Origin: Octopus sinensis
Taxonomy: Eukaryota
NCBI RefSeq assembly: GCF_006345805.1
Contig: NC_042998.1
Location: 42,532,001 to 42,596,000 of the forward strand
Reading direction: 5' to 3'
Length of the DNA stretch: 64,000 bases
Shown: positions 11,719 through 23,079 of the stretch, piece by piece
Layout of the letters: every line of letters starts with the position of its first letter
Position numbering within the stretch: position 1 is the first letter of the stretch
Position numbers and translations under genes: made by a program
The notes under the pieces: model-generated
Databases searched by the model: none
What the model saw: the letters and a program-made list of their open reading frames with translations, nothing else
What the model was told of the DNA's origin: nothing

Positions 11719-13231
11719 CTACACATTTGAAATAGACTTCAAATTTTTAATATATTAATAACTAAATAAGGTGACGAGCTGGCAGAATTGTTAGCACAGG
11801 AGGCAAAATTCTTAACAGCATTTCATTTATTTTTGTGTTCTGTATTCAAATTCTGCCAAGGTGGACTTTACCTTTCACCCTTTCAAGGCTGATAAAATAA
11901 ATACCAGTTGAGCACTGGGGTCAATGTAATTGACTTACTTCCATCCCAAAATTGCTGGCCTTGTGCCAAAATTTGAAACCAATATTTTAATAATTAAATA
12001 AGTTTAAAAGCAAGCTTCAATCACACAGGCTGAAGGTTACAATATATTCAGATTTTCAAGGCATAAAAGCTGGAAATGCATGACTTAACCCCTTAAATAG
12101 GATGACAGTCCTTCATTGAGTTAATCCTAGGTACTAGTTGTACTCATTTGAAGCTAAATATACTGCAGCAACATAAAATAAAGTGCCTTGCTCAAGGACT
12201 CAATGCACCACCCAGTTTGAGGACTAAACCCAGGACCTAACTACTTTAATCCCAACATACTAACAACTGGGCTAAAGACCTTCACTTTGTTACTATGGTT
12301 ATGCAAAATTTCTTTAATTTCCTATATCACAAAAGAGACTTCTTAACATATTTAATTCTTAATGGTTGTCTTTCTTCTTTTTTTTTTATTAGCTTTTTTC
12401 AGTCATTGGACTGCAGCTATGCCAGGGCACAACCTTGAATCGAACAGATTGACCCAAGCATTTAATTTTTAATTTTGCATTATTCTATCAGTCTCTTTTT
12501 TTCCAAACTATTAAGTAACAAACCAACACCGGTTATCAAGTAGTGGTGGGCAACTAACACAACACAAATAAAAGACATGCACACACATACACACACACAC
12601 AAAACAGGCTTCTCTCAGTTTCTGTCCACTCACAAGGCTTTGGTCTGTCTGGAGCTATGGTAGAAAGCACTAGCCCAAGGTGCCATGCAATGGGACTGAC
12701 CCAACAACTGTGTGGCTGGGAGTGGACTTCTTACCACACAGCCACACTGCCACCTATATCATGATTAGTAATAATTAAGATGTTGAGAAATCTTTCCCCA
12801 AAACTGGGTTTTTATTGATTGAAAGTCAAGAAATTTTAGTTAATTAAAATTATACTCTTAGTTATGAGAAAATATCATTATCTAATTGACTGATTCAGAG
12901 CATGAAAATATATAAATAAATAAATGAGTATCATGGGTGACAATTCTGAAACTCTGAAATCCTAATTCAATGAAGACTGGGTTTGATCATTGGCAGTATG
13001 GTAGGAGCTCCAGAAATGTTTAGAGAAAAAGCTGTCATTTGCATTCCTCAGTGACCAAAAGAGCAAGTTAAAATGAACACTTCTATCAAATATGTTTGTG
13101 TTCGTTATCACATTGTAGAGAGCATAGATGCCTGAATCAACAGGGTCTGTGATAACCAGCAAAGAGATAAAATACTGAAACTGCTGCTGCTTTCACTCCA
13201 TGACTGAGACACTTAACTTTGAACAGTGTAC

Positions 13232-13400
13232 CTGTCACTAAGTATGTATGAGAGATACAGATCGCTGTTGTGAGAATCAGTAGTAGTAGCAGCAGTAAGA
13301 GTAACCCTGTGAACCTGTCAGCTGTTTCCTTAACTTCCAGCATTGTGTTCAGATACAACAAAGCAATAGGAAAGAAACTATTTGAAAGTATCTCCTCTTC
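13232..13400 (-). CDS. weak candidate exon with hydrophobic stretch (EEEILSNSFF..FTGLLLLLLLLLILTTAICISHTYLVT)
   Basis: Bridges phase 0 to 1 but needs a 53-nt upstream intron and includes a (CTA/CTG) microsatellite. Confidence 0.2.
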
Positions 13401-13453
13401 CTCATATTACAGCATGAATGCAGAGTCAACAAAATTGTAGAACTAAACATTAC

Positions 13454-13516
13454 CATCATTTCTTTATTAAAATAGTATTGGAAAAGTTGAATCCCATAGA
13501 TGGATGAGTAGAAAAG
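13454..13516 (-). CDS. candidate internal exon (LFYSSIYGIQLFQYYFNKEMM)
   Basis: Acceptor TTTCAAGCTGTTTTCATAG, donor ATG|GTAATG, 63 nt, phase 0-0. Confidence 0.5.
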
Positions 13517-13965
13517 CTATGAAAACAGCTTGAAACAGAATACAAGAATAATAAATAGGTAATTATTATTGTTGTGTTGATATATTTTCTGTTTCAGTAA
13601 TCATACACATATCTTTACTACAAACACCATCTATATTCTACTGTTAATGATTGTGTGTCTGATGTGTATGTCTATATTCTGCTATTTGTGAGTACATATT
13701 GCTTATGTAATTTATGCATCAATGATCGTATATTTCAGCTCGCTCTAGATCCAAGGATGCATCATTTACAATATTTTTTACTTTGCCAAAACAAAACCTT
13801 TGCTCAACATATGTTTCATTACCAAGTTTCTCCATATTGCATCTGGTACAAAACAAAATGGTCGGGAAGTCTAAAGATATTCTTGTTGGAGGCTGCAATC
13901 ATTTTAGATTTGATTACCCTTTGGGAAGAGTCTATGCTGTTTATCCCAGTTAACCATGCTGTTTC

Positions 13966-14728
13966 TGTAGCGGCACAAACAGCCAGCACCATATTGGATG
14001 AGATCTCACAGCAGCCACTGCCATCTCCGAGACTGGAGCGAGACCTCACCTGCATCCATTTGCCATGCGCGAGATCACAACAAGGCTTGCGATGGAGAAA
14101 ACTATATAAAGGGAAAACCCTCTTCAAATTCCCCTTCTTTGGCACCACAACACAGCAGCACTGGCTGAACAACACCACTGGCAGAGGTTTTCTGCCTGTC
14201 TATCTCCTGAGGCAATGTGCCCACACTATCGGAGCTTAAGATAGTAGCTGAAAGCAGCACCTTTCACCTTTCCTGTAAATAAATCAGTTGTAAATAGCAT
14301 TTGCACTTGAAGTCTTTTCTCTTCACCTGCCAGAAGCCTGAACTACATAAAGAACAAGAATGATTTGTATGTTCTTTCTCAAGCCATGCCTGGCTCATTA
14401 GGGCTGGTTTCCCAGTTTCCTTGCCGTATAGGTTCCCCACCTGGACGGGACGCCGGTCCGTCGCAGGTGAGCTGCAAGATGCAGGAGGAAAGAGTGAGAG
14501 AAAGTTGTGGTGAAAGAGTCAGCAGAAGTTCGCCATTACCTTCTGCCGGAGCCATGTGGATTTAGGTGTTTCGCTCATAAACATACACATCGCCCGGTCT
14601 GAGATTTGAACTCGCAATCTCTCGACCGCGAGTCTGCTGCTCTAACCACTAGACCATGTGCCTCCACTAAGAAGAATGATGGAAAGAGATGATATTCCTC
14701 CTATATCATAAACCTTACCTTCCATTAT
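13966..14728 (+). mobile_element. LTR-like element copy A (TGTAG..CTACA at 13966-14347 plus about 70-nt tail interrupted by a SINE)
   Basis: Homologous to 37735-38202 (-); TATATAAAGG and AATAAA inside; 5-bp terminal inverted repeat. Confidence 0.7.
14365..14668 (-). mobile_element. tRNA-derived SINE, family D
   Basis: Head GAGGCACATGGTCTAGTGGTTAGAGC..GAGTTCAAATCTC on the minus strand; target duplication AAGAATGAT at 14356-14364 and 14672-14680; second copy at about 57770-57962. Confidence 0.85.
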
Positions 14729-14755
14729 TAAATTTCTATTTAAGGATATTCTTAC

Positions 14756-14815
14756 ATGAAGCCAGTAATCCCAAATCATTTCACCAATTTCAAATAGAAG
14801 ATGGTTACATTTGCA
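14756..14815 (-). CDS. candidate internal exon (CKCNHLLFEIGEMIWDYWLH)
   Basis: Acceptor TTTTGTCCCTGTTTGCAG, donor CAT|GTAAGA, 60 nt, phase 0-0, 94-nt intron to the upstream exon. Confidence 0.6.
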
Positions 14816-14909
14816 CTGCAAACAGGGACAAAATGTTTCAGAAAAAACCTGTTATAGAATGATGGTTAGTGGGAAGTAGCAATAATAAAAGCAATTGTTT
14901 CTTACTCAC

Positions 14910-14980
14910 TTTGAAAACTGCAAAAGCTTCTTGCAGTTCTACTGAAAACATGTGGACTGTCTTCTCCCAATGATCCATGG
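14910..14980 (-). CDS. candidate internal exon (x-MDHWEKTVHMFSVELQEAFAVFK)
   Basis: Acceptor TCTTCCCTAAATTTTAG, donor AAA|GTGAGT, 71 nt, phase 1-0, joins the next exon in frame. Confidence 0.6.
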
Positions 14981-15550
14981 CTAAAATTTAGGGAAGACCT
15001 CTTTGATAATTGCCAACACTAAATAAAGCAGCATGACTTCTATTGCTATTGAGGGTAAAGTTTTTGGCAATGGATAGAGTTGCATTTCATAAATATGGCT
15101 GGCCTCAGAGTAACCAATCTCAAGGGAAACAAACACAATTAAGATTCAATGTGAGCTCTGTTACAATACTAATTCTCTGGTTCAAGTTATGATTGAAAGT
15201 GAGCCTTCGCAACTTAACGATGGAGAACCTTTAAAACAAGCATATTTGGAATGGAATCAAAGAAAGAAAATGAAATATTCTATCTTGAGGTACTTGAAGA
15301 AATTAGAAAAACATTTCTGATAAACCTTCAATATGAGTTGTGTGGTACACCAGGTAGATCCAAGTGTTGAAGATTAGATAGTTCAGTTTCTTTGGGACAT
15401 AAAACAGTATCTACAGACTTTTAGACAAATTCACCACTATACAACTGCTTATGTATTTGTTCATTGATAATCTTAACAGCCAATGAGGCTGTTAAGATTA
15501 TCAATAGATCTTTTACAGAAGCATTTATAATTGTGGTAGTTGTGTTGAAT

Positions 15551-15933
15551 ACTCTTTTACTCTTTTACTTGTTTCAGTCAATTTACTGTGGCCATGCTGG
15601 AGCACCACCTTTAGTTGATCAAATCGACCATAGGTCTTATTCTTTGTAAGCCTAGTACTCATTCTATCAGTCTCTTTTGCCGAACCACTAAGTTTAGGGG
15701 ACGTAAACACACCAGCATCGGTGTCGAGCGATGCTGGGGGGACAAATACACATACATATATGTATACATATATACGACGGGCTTCTTTCAGTTTTCGTTT
15801 ACCAAATCCTCTCACAAGGCTTTGGTCGGTTCGAGGCTATAGTAGAAGACACTTGCCCAGAGCACCATGATGTGGGACTGAACCTGGAACCATGTGGTTG
15901 GTAAGCAAGCAACTTACCACACAGACACTCCTG
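15551..15933 (-). mobile_element. SINE family A, near full length
   Basis: Same head and tail as 460-790. Confidence 0.85.
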
Positions 15934-16327
15934 CTGGAAAAGGTTTTATATCTTAGTTTGTTGATTGGTGATATTAATTCTCCAATGTCAACCAGAGATA
16001 TTTCCCTTTTTTAATCAGGTAGCACAACCTTTCTTCATGTTCCATGACTCATGTAGCAAATATTGATATCCATTAGATGGGTACTGTTAAGGTAAGTTCT
16101 CATGTTTGTTTCCAGTTCAAGTTTCTTTATATGCTTTCATAAATGTATGCCTTGCATTTCCTTTTTGACTTTCTGATGAAGTGTTTGCTTTGCATGTTGG
16201 TCCTAAGAGGTGCGGTCACTGATTGTATCCCATCCATATTGTGACATCATGTGTTGCCACATACTGAAACATATGTAATAGATAAAATAAAGGAGTACCA
16301 AGTCAAAATCTATGTTCTCTCTCTCTC

Positions 16328-16860
16328 TCATCATCATCATCATTTAACGTCCGTTTTCTGTGCTAGCACGGGTTGGACGGTTCGACTGGGGTCTAGGAAG
16401 CCAGGAAGCTGCACCAGGCTCCAGTCTGATCTGGCAGTGTTTCTACAGCTGGATGCCCTTCCTAACGCCAACCACTCCGTGAGTGTAGTGGGTGCTTTTT
16501 ACATGCCACCGGCACAGAAGCCAGTCAAGGTGGTGCTGGCATCGGCCATGTTCGGATGGTCCTTTTTACGTGTCACCGGCACAGAAGCCAGTCAAGGCGG
16601 CGCTGGCATCGGCCACATTCGGATGGTGCTTTTTATGTTCCACTGGCACAGAAGCCAGTCAAGGCGGATCTGGCATCGGCCACATTCGGATGGTGCTTTT
16701 TACGTGCCACCGGCACAGAAGCCAGTCAAGGCGGCGCTGGCATCGGCCACATTCGGATGGTGCTTTTTATGTTCCACTGGCACAGAAGCCAGTCAAGGTG
16801 GCGCTGGCATCGGCCACGTTCAGATGGTGCTTTTTACGTGCCACCGGCACAGGTATCACA
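16328..16860 (-). mobile_element. RTE 3'UTR fragment containing a 67-bp tandem array
   Basis: (CAT)n tail plus homology to 9120-9398; units start at 16511, 16578, 16645, 16712, 16779. Confidence 0.85.
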
Positions 16861-17904
16861 ACTACTATTTCCATTGATATTTATTTCGATGTTCATGTAC
16901 TTGACTCAATAGGTCTCAAGCACAGCGGGTTGTTCTGAAATCCAAGGTACTTTGAATGGGATACAAACAACACACACACATACATATTTGACATATATTA
17001 CTGAAAGATATAAAAATTAGCATGGAAACAGTATTTTCAATCAAAATATTTTGTGGTTTTTATTTTGTTCAAGTTGTACAGAGGCGCCTTTGTTACTCTT
17101 TTGTAATATTTGCTGTAAACCAGTGATTGGTCCATTAGAAAATTATGATGCTGGAACTAACAATAATTAGATCACATAAATAGAAGCATAAATAAACAGA
17201 ACTTTCTGTCATTAAGGTTATTTTATAGATGCAGAATGGTTTTTCTTACTCTATTTATATTGAAATGTAAAGTAAATATTTATATATTGTCCTGGTAATT
17301 AACAAATGTGTTGACTTGCAACATATTCACTTATTACTGAAAAAATACCAAAGCAAAACAAAAATAATTGCTTATGATTTTAATATAACATAAGATTATT
17401 TGTAGCAACATTGTGAGTAACAACATTTTAGTTCCACTGTTCTCAGGTGTGTTATTTTAAGCCAATCAGAGACCAGTTGTCTGGAAGCTGCTTTTGCCTA
17501 CTTGAACAAAAGCAAAATTGTTCTACATCTTTAACTTACTTTTAGCTATCTTCAACAACCATGGATTAACATTCTCCTTTCTCACTCTTACTCTCATTGA
17601 GATAGTGGTTAGCTATTTGTCATTGCCTCAACAGAATACCGTCTACCTGTTTTATAACATACACATTATCTGTGTTTGCCTTTACTGCATTCAATTATCC
17701 AATTTCTTTAACACTTTCCACAACACCTTATTCAGATAAATGACTTTGTAAAATGAAAAAGTGCACATATTTTCATGAGACAATAAGTGCATCAACCTAA
17801 TCATTGATACCATGTATCCAAGCTTGTTATTTTTTAATTGTATTTTCTATGTTACATTCTATGTCTGAGTTCTGTCCTGTTTCAAATCTGTACTTACAAA
17901 CTAT

Positions 17905-19260
17905 ATATTTTCTTTACTATCCACAAGAGGCCAAACACAGAGAGGACAAACAAGGACAGACAAACGGATTAAGTCGATTATATCAACCCCAATGCGTAAC
18001 TGGTACTTAATTTATCGACCCCGAAAAGATGAAAGGCAAAGTCGACCTCGCGGAATTTGAACTCAGAACGTAACGGCAGACGAAATACAGCTACGCATTT
18101 CGCCCGGCGTGCTAACGTTTCTGCCAGCTCTAGTTGAACATCCAGCTTAGAAGAGGTCTATTTTCTGTTAGTACATAAGAAATAAAGGAAGCAGTAATAT
18201 ATATAATCTGTTATCATTGTCATCCTTATGAACATTCTTTAAATTTTCTATATATATACTCATTCATCAACAGAACCTTCAAAACTGTAAATAAAAATCA
18301 GGAATTTTATATATAGCAATAAAAAATATCACTTAATTTAAATGTCAAAAGCTAAATCAGTGGCTCATGAGTTCATATGAACAAGACTGGAATCCATTAC
18401 CAGGAATTTGATATTTATTTCTTTACTACCCACAAGGGGCCAAACACAGAGGGGACAAACAAGGACAGACAAACGGATTAAGTCGATTATATCGACCCCA
18501 GTGCGTAACTGGTACTTATTTATCGACCCCGAAAGGATGAAAGGCAAAGTCGACCTCGGCGGAATTTGAACTCAGAACGTAACGGCAGACGAAATACGGC
18601 TACGCATTTCGCCCGACGTGCTAACGTTTCTGCCAGCTCACCAAATTTGATATTCCTTGAGGTAATCACCAGTGTGAGATAAATGTTTAATTGTAATTGT
18701 ATTCTTCAGCATCTCCTTCTTACTAGTGATGTATCTCCTTAGTAAGGATGAAGTATCTCAAACCATAATGATCAAACTCAAGTTCGACAGGAATATATTT
18801 ATTAACAAAATCCATTAATTTATAGATATTCCTAATAATCCTTTCTGCTATAGGCACAAGACTTGAAATTTCAAGGGGATTAGTTGATTACATCAACCCC
18901 AATGCACAACTGGTACTTGTTTCAAAAACAAGAGGCAAAGTTGACCCCAGTGGAATTTGAACTCAGAACATAAAAATGGATGAAATCCTGCTAAGTAGTT
19001 CACCTAGTGTAGTAGCAATTCTGCCTTTATAAATATTACTAATAATCTTTTCTACTATAAGCACAAGGCCTGAAATTTGAGGGGAGGAGGCAAATCGATT
19101 ACATTGACCCCAGTGCATAACTGGTACTTATTTCATCAACCCCAAAAGGATAAAAGGCAAAGTCGATCTTGGTAGAATTTGAACTCAGGACATAAAGGCA
19201 GATAAAACGCTGCTAAGCATTTTAGCCAGCATGCTAACAATTCTGCCAGCTCACTGCCTT
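17905..19260 (-). mobile_element. cluster of four SINE family B copies (young at about 17905-18130 and 18413-18642, decayed at about 18840-19260)
   Basis: Homology to 1921-2155; duplication AATTTGATATT flanks the 18413 copy. Confidence 0.8.
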
Positions 19261-19612
19261 AAATATTACTAATAATGATAATAATAAACACTATTGTACT
19301 CTGAATGTTTGCTTAAATACTGCACTATCAATTACTGTAACCTGTGATATATATATCTGAAGCATTTCAGGCAACATTCATGTCAGGAGTTTAATTATAT
19401 AGCCTAATGTGAAGCTAGTGATTATAAAGATGATAAGTGTCATGTATTCTTATTGCATTTATCGTATCTCATCCATTAGGCCCTGCACTAAACATTTCTC
19501 TGTCTTTCCTCTCCAGAACTCTAACACACTTTACTTCTCGGTCAGTTCATGTTTTTCTCACTGGTGTCAACTGACAGCTGTTCAAACTGAACATCAGTCA
19601 CATCATTCTCAC

Positions 19613-19648
19613 CTGTGAGGGAGGACTTGTAAAAGGTCATGGACTTAC
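19613..19648 (-). CDS. candidate 36-nt exon (x-KSMTFYKSSLT) whose acceptor is also a perfect donor
   Basis: Poly-U tract..TTTGCAG|GTAAGT..CACAG|GTGAGA; phase 1-1, joins 14980 in frame (SSLT-A-MDHW). Confidence 0.4.
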
Positions 19649-20039
19649 CTGCAAAGTCTATGGCCATTACAAAAAAACAAAATAAAACAAAACAAAAATC
19701 ATTGATTTAAAAATGATACACATTTACATCATAAATATTTGTTTTTGGTATTAAGATGTAACAAAATCTAAATTAGGGTAGACAAAGCAGAGTTGGAAGA
19801 TATAGCAATCATTCCAAAGAATGTAACAGGATAACAAGAGATTTAAGATTGAAACTCAATCCACAAAGACCAAAAAAACATCAAATTTTGCAACAACACA
19901 TTGGAAATAGTATCTTAAATTATACTTTAGATGTAATGTAAAGTCATAAAGAAATTGTACTGTCTTTTGATGAATTTGGAAGTGGTTATAAATATTATAA
20001 AATTTAGCTGATATAGAAATACGCAATCTCATTACTTAC

Positions 20040-20138
20040 TTGTAATATCACTGAAGACTTCGCTTGCATGCAGTAATGAGATTTAGCACCCAAAAACATG
20101 TGATAAACTGGTTTATTGTGAGTTAAATAGGGCAGTAT
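20040..20138 (-). CDS. candidate exon (ILPYLTHNKPVYHMFLGAKSHYCMQAKSSVILQ)
   Basis: Acceptor ATTTGTATTCAG, donor CAA|GTAAGT, 99 nt, phase 0-0; connection to downstream exons unresolved. Confidence 0.35.
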
Positions 20139-20699
20139 CTGAATACAAATTGTCAGCATTTGGCTAGCTGCTTTTCTCTCTTTTACTGTTCAGCATTTTA
20201 TTTTCAAATGTCAAAATATTGAACAGTAGTGGATAGTCTTGCTTATTTGCATTGGCTTTATGTTGACCTTGCAAAGTGTTAAAAAATTGATTTTAGCTCT
20301 GGTACAACTAAAAGTATCACACACAGAAGGCATCGTTTAAACATTAAATATTAAAGGCTACTTTATATATGAATACTAAACGCAATATGACTTGCACAGA
20401 AAATTTAAAGTTTTTAGTTGTCATTATCAACAGGAAATTTCTCATAAATTACTTTTAAAAGTTAAAGCAGTGAATTGGCTGATTTATTAGAGAATCAGAT
20501 AGAATGCCTTGTGGAATTTGTTCTGGCTCTCTGTACTTTGATTTTAAATGCTGCTCAAGTCAACTTTGCCTTTCATCCTTCTTGGCTTATAAATAAAGAA
20601 CCAGCTATGTATTGGAATTGATTCTTCTTTCTTTTTCTTTCAAAGGAATTGATTATAATACAGTTCTATATTTAAGAGATGAAGAATTATGTACATTAT

Positions 20700-20843
20700 T
20701 TACATTTTACGGATATTTGTCCTCATCTTGTTTGTTGTAAACACAACATCTTGGCTGATATACCCTCCAGCCTTCATGGAGGGTATATCAGCTGAAACGT
20801 GACAACAACAAACAAAATGAGGACAAATATCCATTAAATGTAA
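20700..20843. mobile_element. head-to-head inverted pair of the hammerhead-like tail seen at 5440-5525
   Basis: GGATATTTGTCCTCAT..GCTGATATACCCTCCAGCCTTCAT then GGAGGGTATATCAGCTGAAACG..ATGAGGACAAATATCC. Confidence 0.75.
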
Positions 20844-21619
20844 AGAAATTGGTCATGTTGTGCCATGAGAAGGATTATAGGGGAATACAAACGAGGTCCC
20901 TTTCTAAAGGAATAGAGAAGGGTTGAATGAGAGGTTAGTAACCTTTTCTCATAAAAAAGCTGATACAGTACTGGAACTACCCAAAGACAGACTAGTGCAC
21001 AATGTAAAGGAATTAAAGAAGAGAAAAGTTTGTGTCCAATCATCAGCACCTCATTGTATCCAAGATTTATGGTGTTACAGTTCAACAAAGTAAATAATTA
21101 AGAGCAGTCTATAGAGCAACTAAAAATAATGAAGTAGGATTATTTTATGGCTGTAAGCTGCAGAAACATTGAAAATTTGATGAATGCTTTAGTAGCTCCC
21201 AGTTTTGAAAACAAGCCTTCTTGCTATCAAGACAGATGTACTTGAAAGGCAAATCTACAGAGTAGAAAAAAGTTTCAGTTAGACCATTATTAGGAATTTA
21301 ACATTGATTAGAAATTCTAAGGCTATGCACTGTCAGTGTTGTTAGCGCTTCATGCAAAATGCTTAGTGGCATTTTGTCTGTCTACTTCCTGAGTTCAAAT
21401 TCTGCTGAGGTTGACTTTGCCTTTCTTTTCAGGGTTGATGGGTTGATAAAATAAGTACCAACTGAGTACTGGGGTTGATGTAATCGACTTAACTCCTCCT
21501 CTTGCTGGTCTTGTGCCAAAATTTAAAACCAATATTCTAATGAATCTCAAAATGTGCAGAGAGGCATAGAACAAGGGAAAATCTAATTTAAGTTTAGGTA
21601 GCAAGCTCGTTTTGATTAC

Positions 21620-23000
21620 TAGTTGAAGTTAATTTCGTTCAACTATTTTTGTGGGATAATCAGTGAAGGAGGGTGAAGTGAAAAAAGGAACTTTGGGAGC
21701 ACCGTTAATGAGTTGTTGTGTAAACCCTAAGCCAGACTTCATTGAGTAGTTCTATGGTATAAAAGTAGTTGGTTGAATGAAGAGGAGTGACTGACTGACA
21801 CTCACTTCTGTTATATCATACCTCTGCCAAGCAGAAGACCAGACAACAGACAGTGATAAGTTGTATGAAACAGCTTGACATTCGAGACAATTGTATTATC
21901 TCCACAGTCCAGTTTATTTCAGTATGCATACCAATTCTGGTAGTGGGCATAGTGGAGGTAGGCAAAATGGACTCTGTTAGATTGCAACAGTTTCTGCTTC
22001 TCTGCACTTTTTTTTGCTGGTGTGTATTCCACCATAGTATTTGGGATTGGTGAAGTTGTTGATGTTACAGCTTTTTCTCTATGTGTGTGTTTCTTGTGTT
22101 TAACTGAGCTAAGTAGAAGAGATGGCAGTGTTCTTAGGATGTTGTTGTAGTAGTGCTCCAGAATGTTGCATATGTGTGTGGATGTTTAGAGATTAGTGGA
22201 TGGATATAATTGTTTGAGAGTCAGCAGAAATACCTGGCAGTATCTGTCCTGGCTCTTTGCATTCTCATAACAATATCTGAGACGACACTGGTACTAAGTT
22301 GTATTGGCCCAAGTCAGCAGTCTTTCTCTTAGGTAAACATCAGTGGTGTGAAGAGAGAAGAGTTGTAAACATGTGCAACTGCCAGCCATCCTCAAAAAAT
22401 CTTGGCCAAGTCTGAGCATACATGTATAGGTATGCAGTCATCCTTGACTGATGAAGATCCTGACATGAGAAAGTCATGTAAATATAAGTTGAAAAGTGTT
22501 GTTTAGAGGAAGAATACACGATGCATGTTCAGGAAGTGTTGTTCCTATATATTACATAAGCTTGGAGGCCTAGCAAGTAGTTTCCTAGCCGACATCCTGT
22601 GTTGTTTCTTAAGGTAAAGTTTAGAAAATTATGTATAAGTGGGTAATAGAAAATGAAGTCAAAAGGTTTTTCTGAAATCGATGATAGTAAGAACTGTAAA
22701 TGTGGAAGTGTATAGTGATAAAAACAATCTTGTATTTTCTGTGTTAGGATTGTGAGCAGTCTTGTGACTCTGAATGTAGCAATCCGAATTCAAGTTTTCA
22801 GTTTGAAAGGGAAATATATAGGTTATTATTATCAAAGGTTAATCTCTTTTTGAAATTTTGAGGATGCATGTAAGAATATGGCAGATTTATATGGTGTTAC
22901 TTGGGTTTTTGTTGGGGTATAAAATGGTATTAATTTTGCTCAGCTTCCAAATTCTGGAAATTTCAGTGTTGATGCAAGTTGTAGCTGTTGTTGTTTAACA
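21620..23000 (-). mobile_element. heavily decayed LINE (possibly Tx1/L1 ORF1 region)
   Basis: Strong strand asymmetry (A/C-rich minus strand), broken frames, adjacent to a Tx1-like 3' fragment. Confidence 0.3.
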
Positions 23001-23079
23001 CTAGGTTACCTTTGATCAAACAGACCTATGAATAAAGGTATTCCAGTTATGACCATCTCGTCCTTTTAAGAAACCTATA

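Noticed and set aside
12962-13146. Possible terminal exon DPVDSGIYALYNV..QSSLN*
   Set aside because: Plausible acceptor, but it depends on the weak 13232-13400 exon and would truncate the downstream chain; unresolved
13655-14239. 194-aa ORF and apparent paralogous peptide at 38 kb (ILDEIS..PSPRLERDLTCIHLPCARSQ)
   Set aside because: Similarity comes from the shared LTR-like element; frames break differently in the two copies and homology follows element ends
14719-14815. 97-nt version of the CKCNH exon
   Set aside because: Its donor lies in the tail of the LTR-like insertion (copy B lacks it); the 60-nt version fits phase with 13516
13232-14980. Faint by-eye resemblance of the joined peptide to TAF1A or TBC-domain helices
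   Set aside because: Only scattered hydrophobic matches; no gene symbol justified without a search
16511-16852. CRISPR-like regular repeats
   Set aside because: Units are contiguous with no unique spacers; a tandem array inside an RTE 3'UTR
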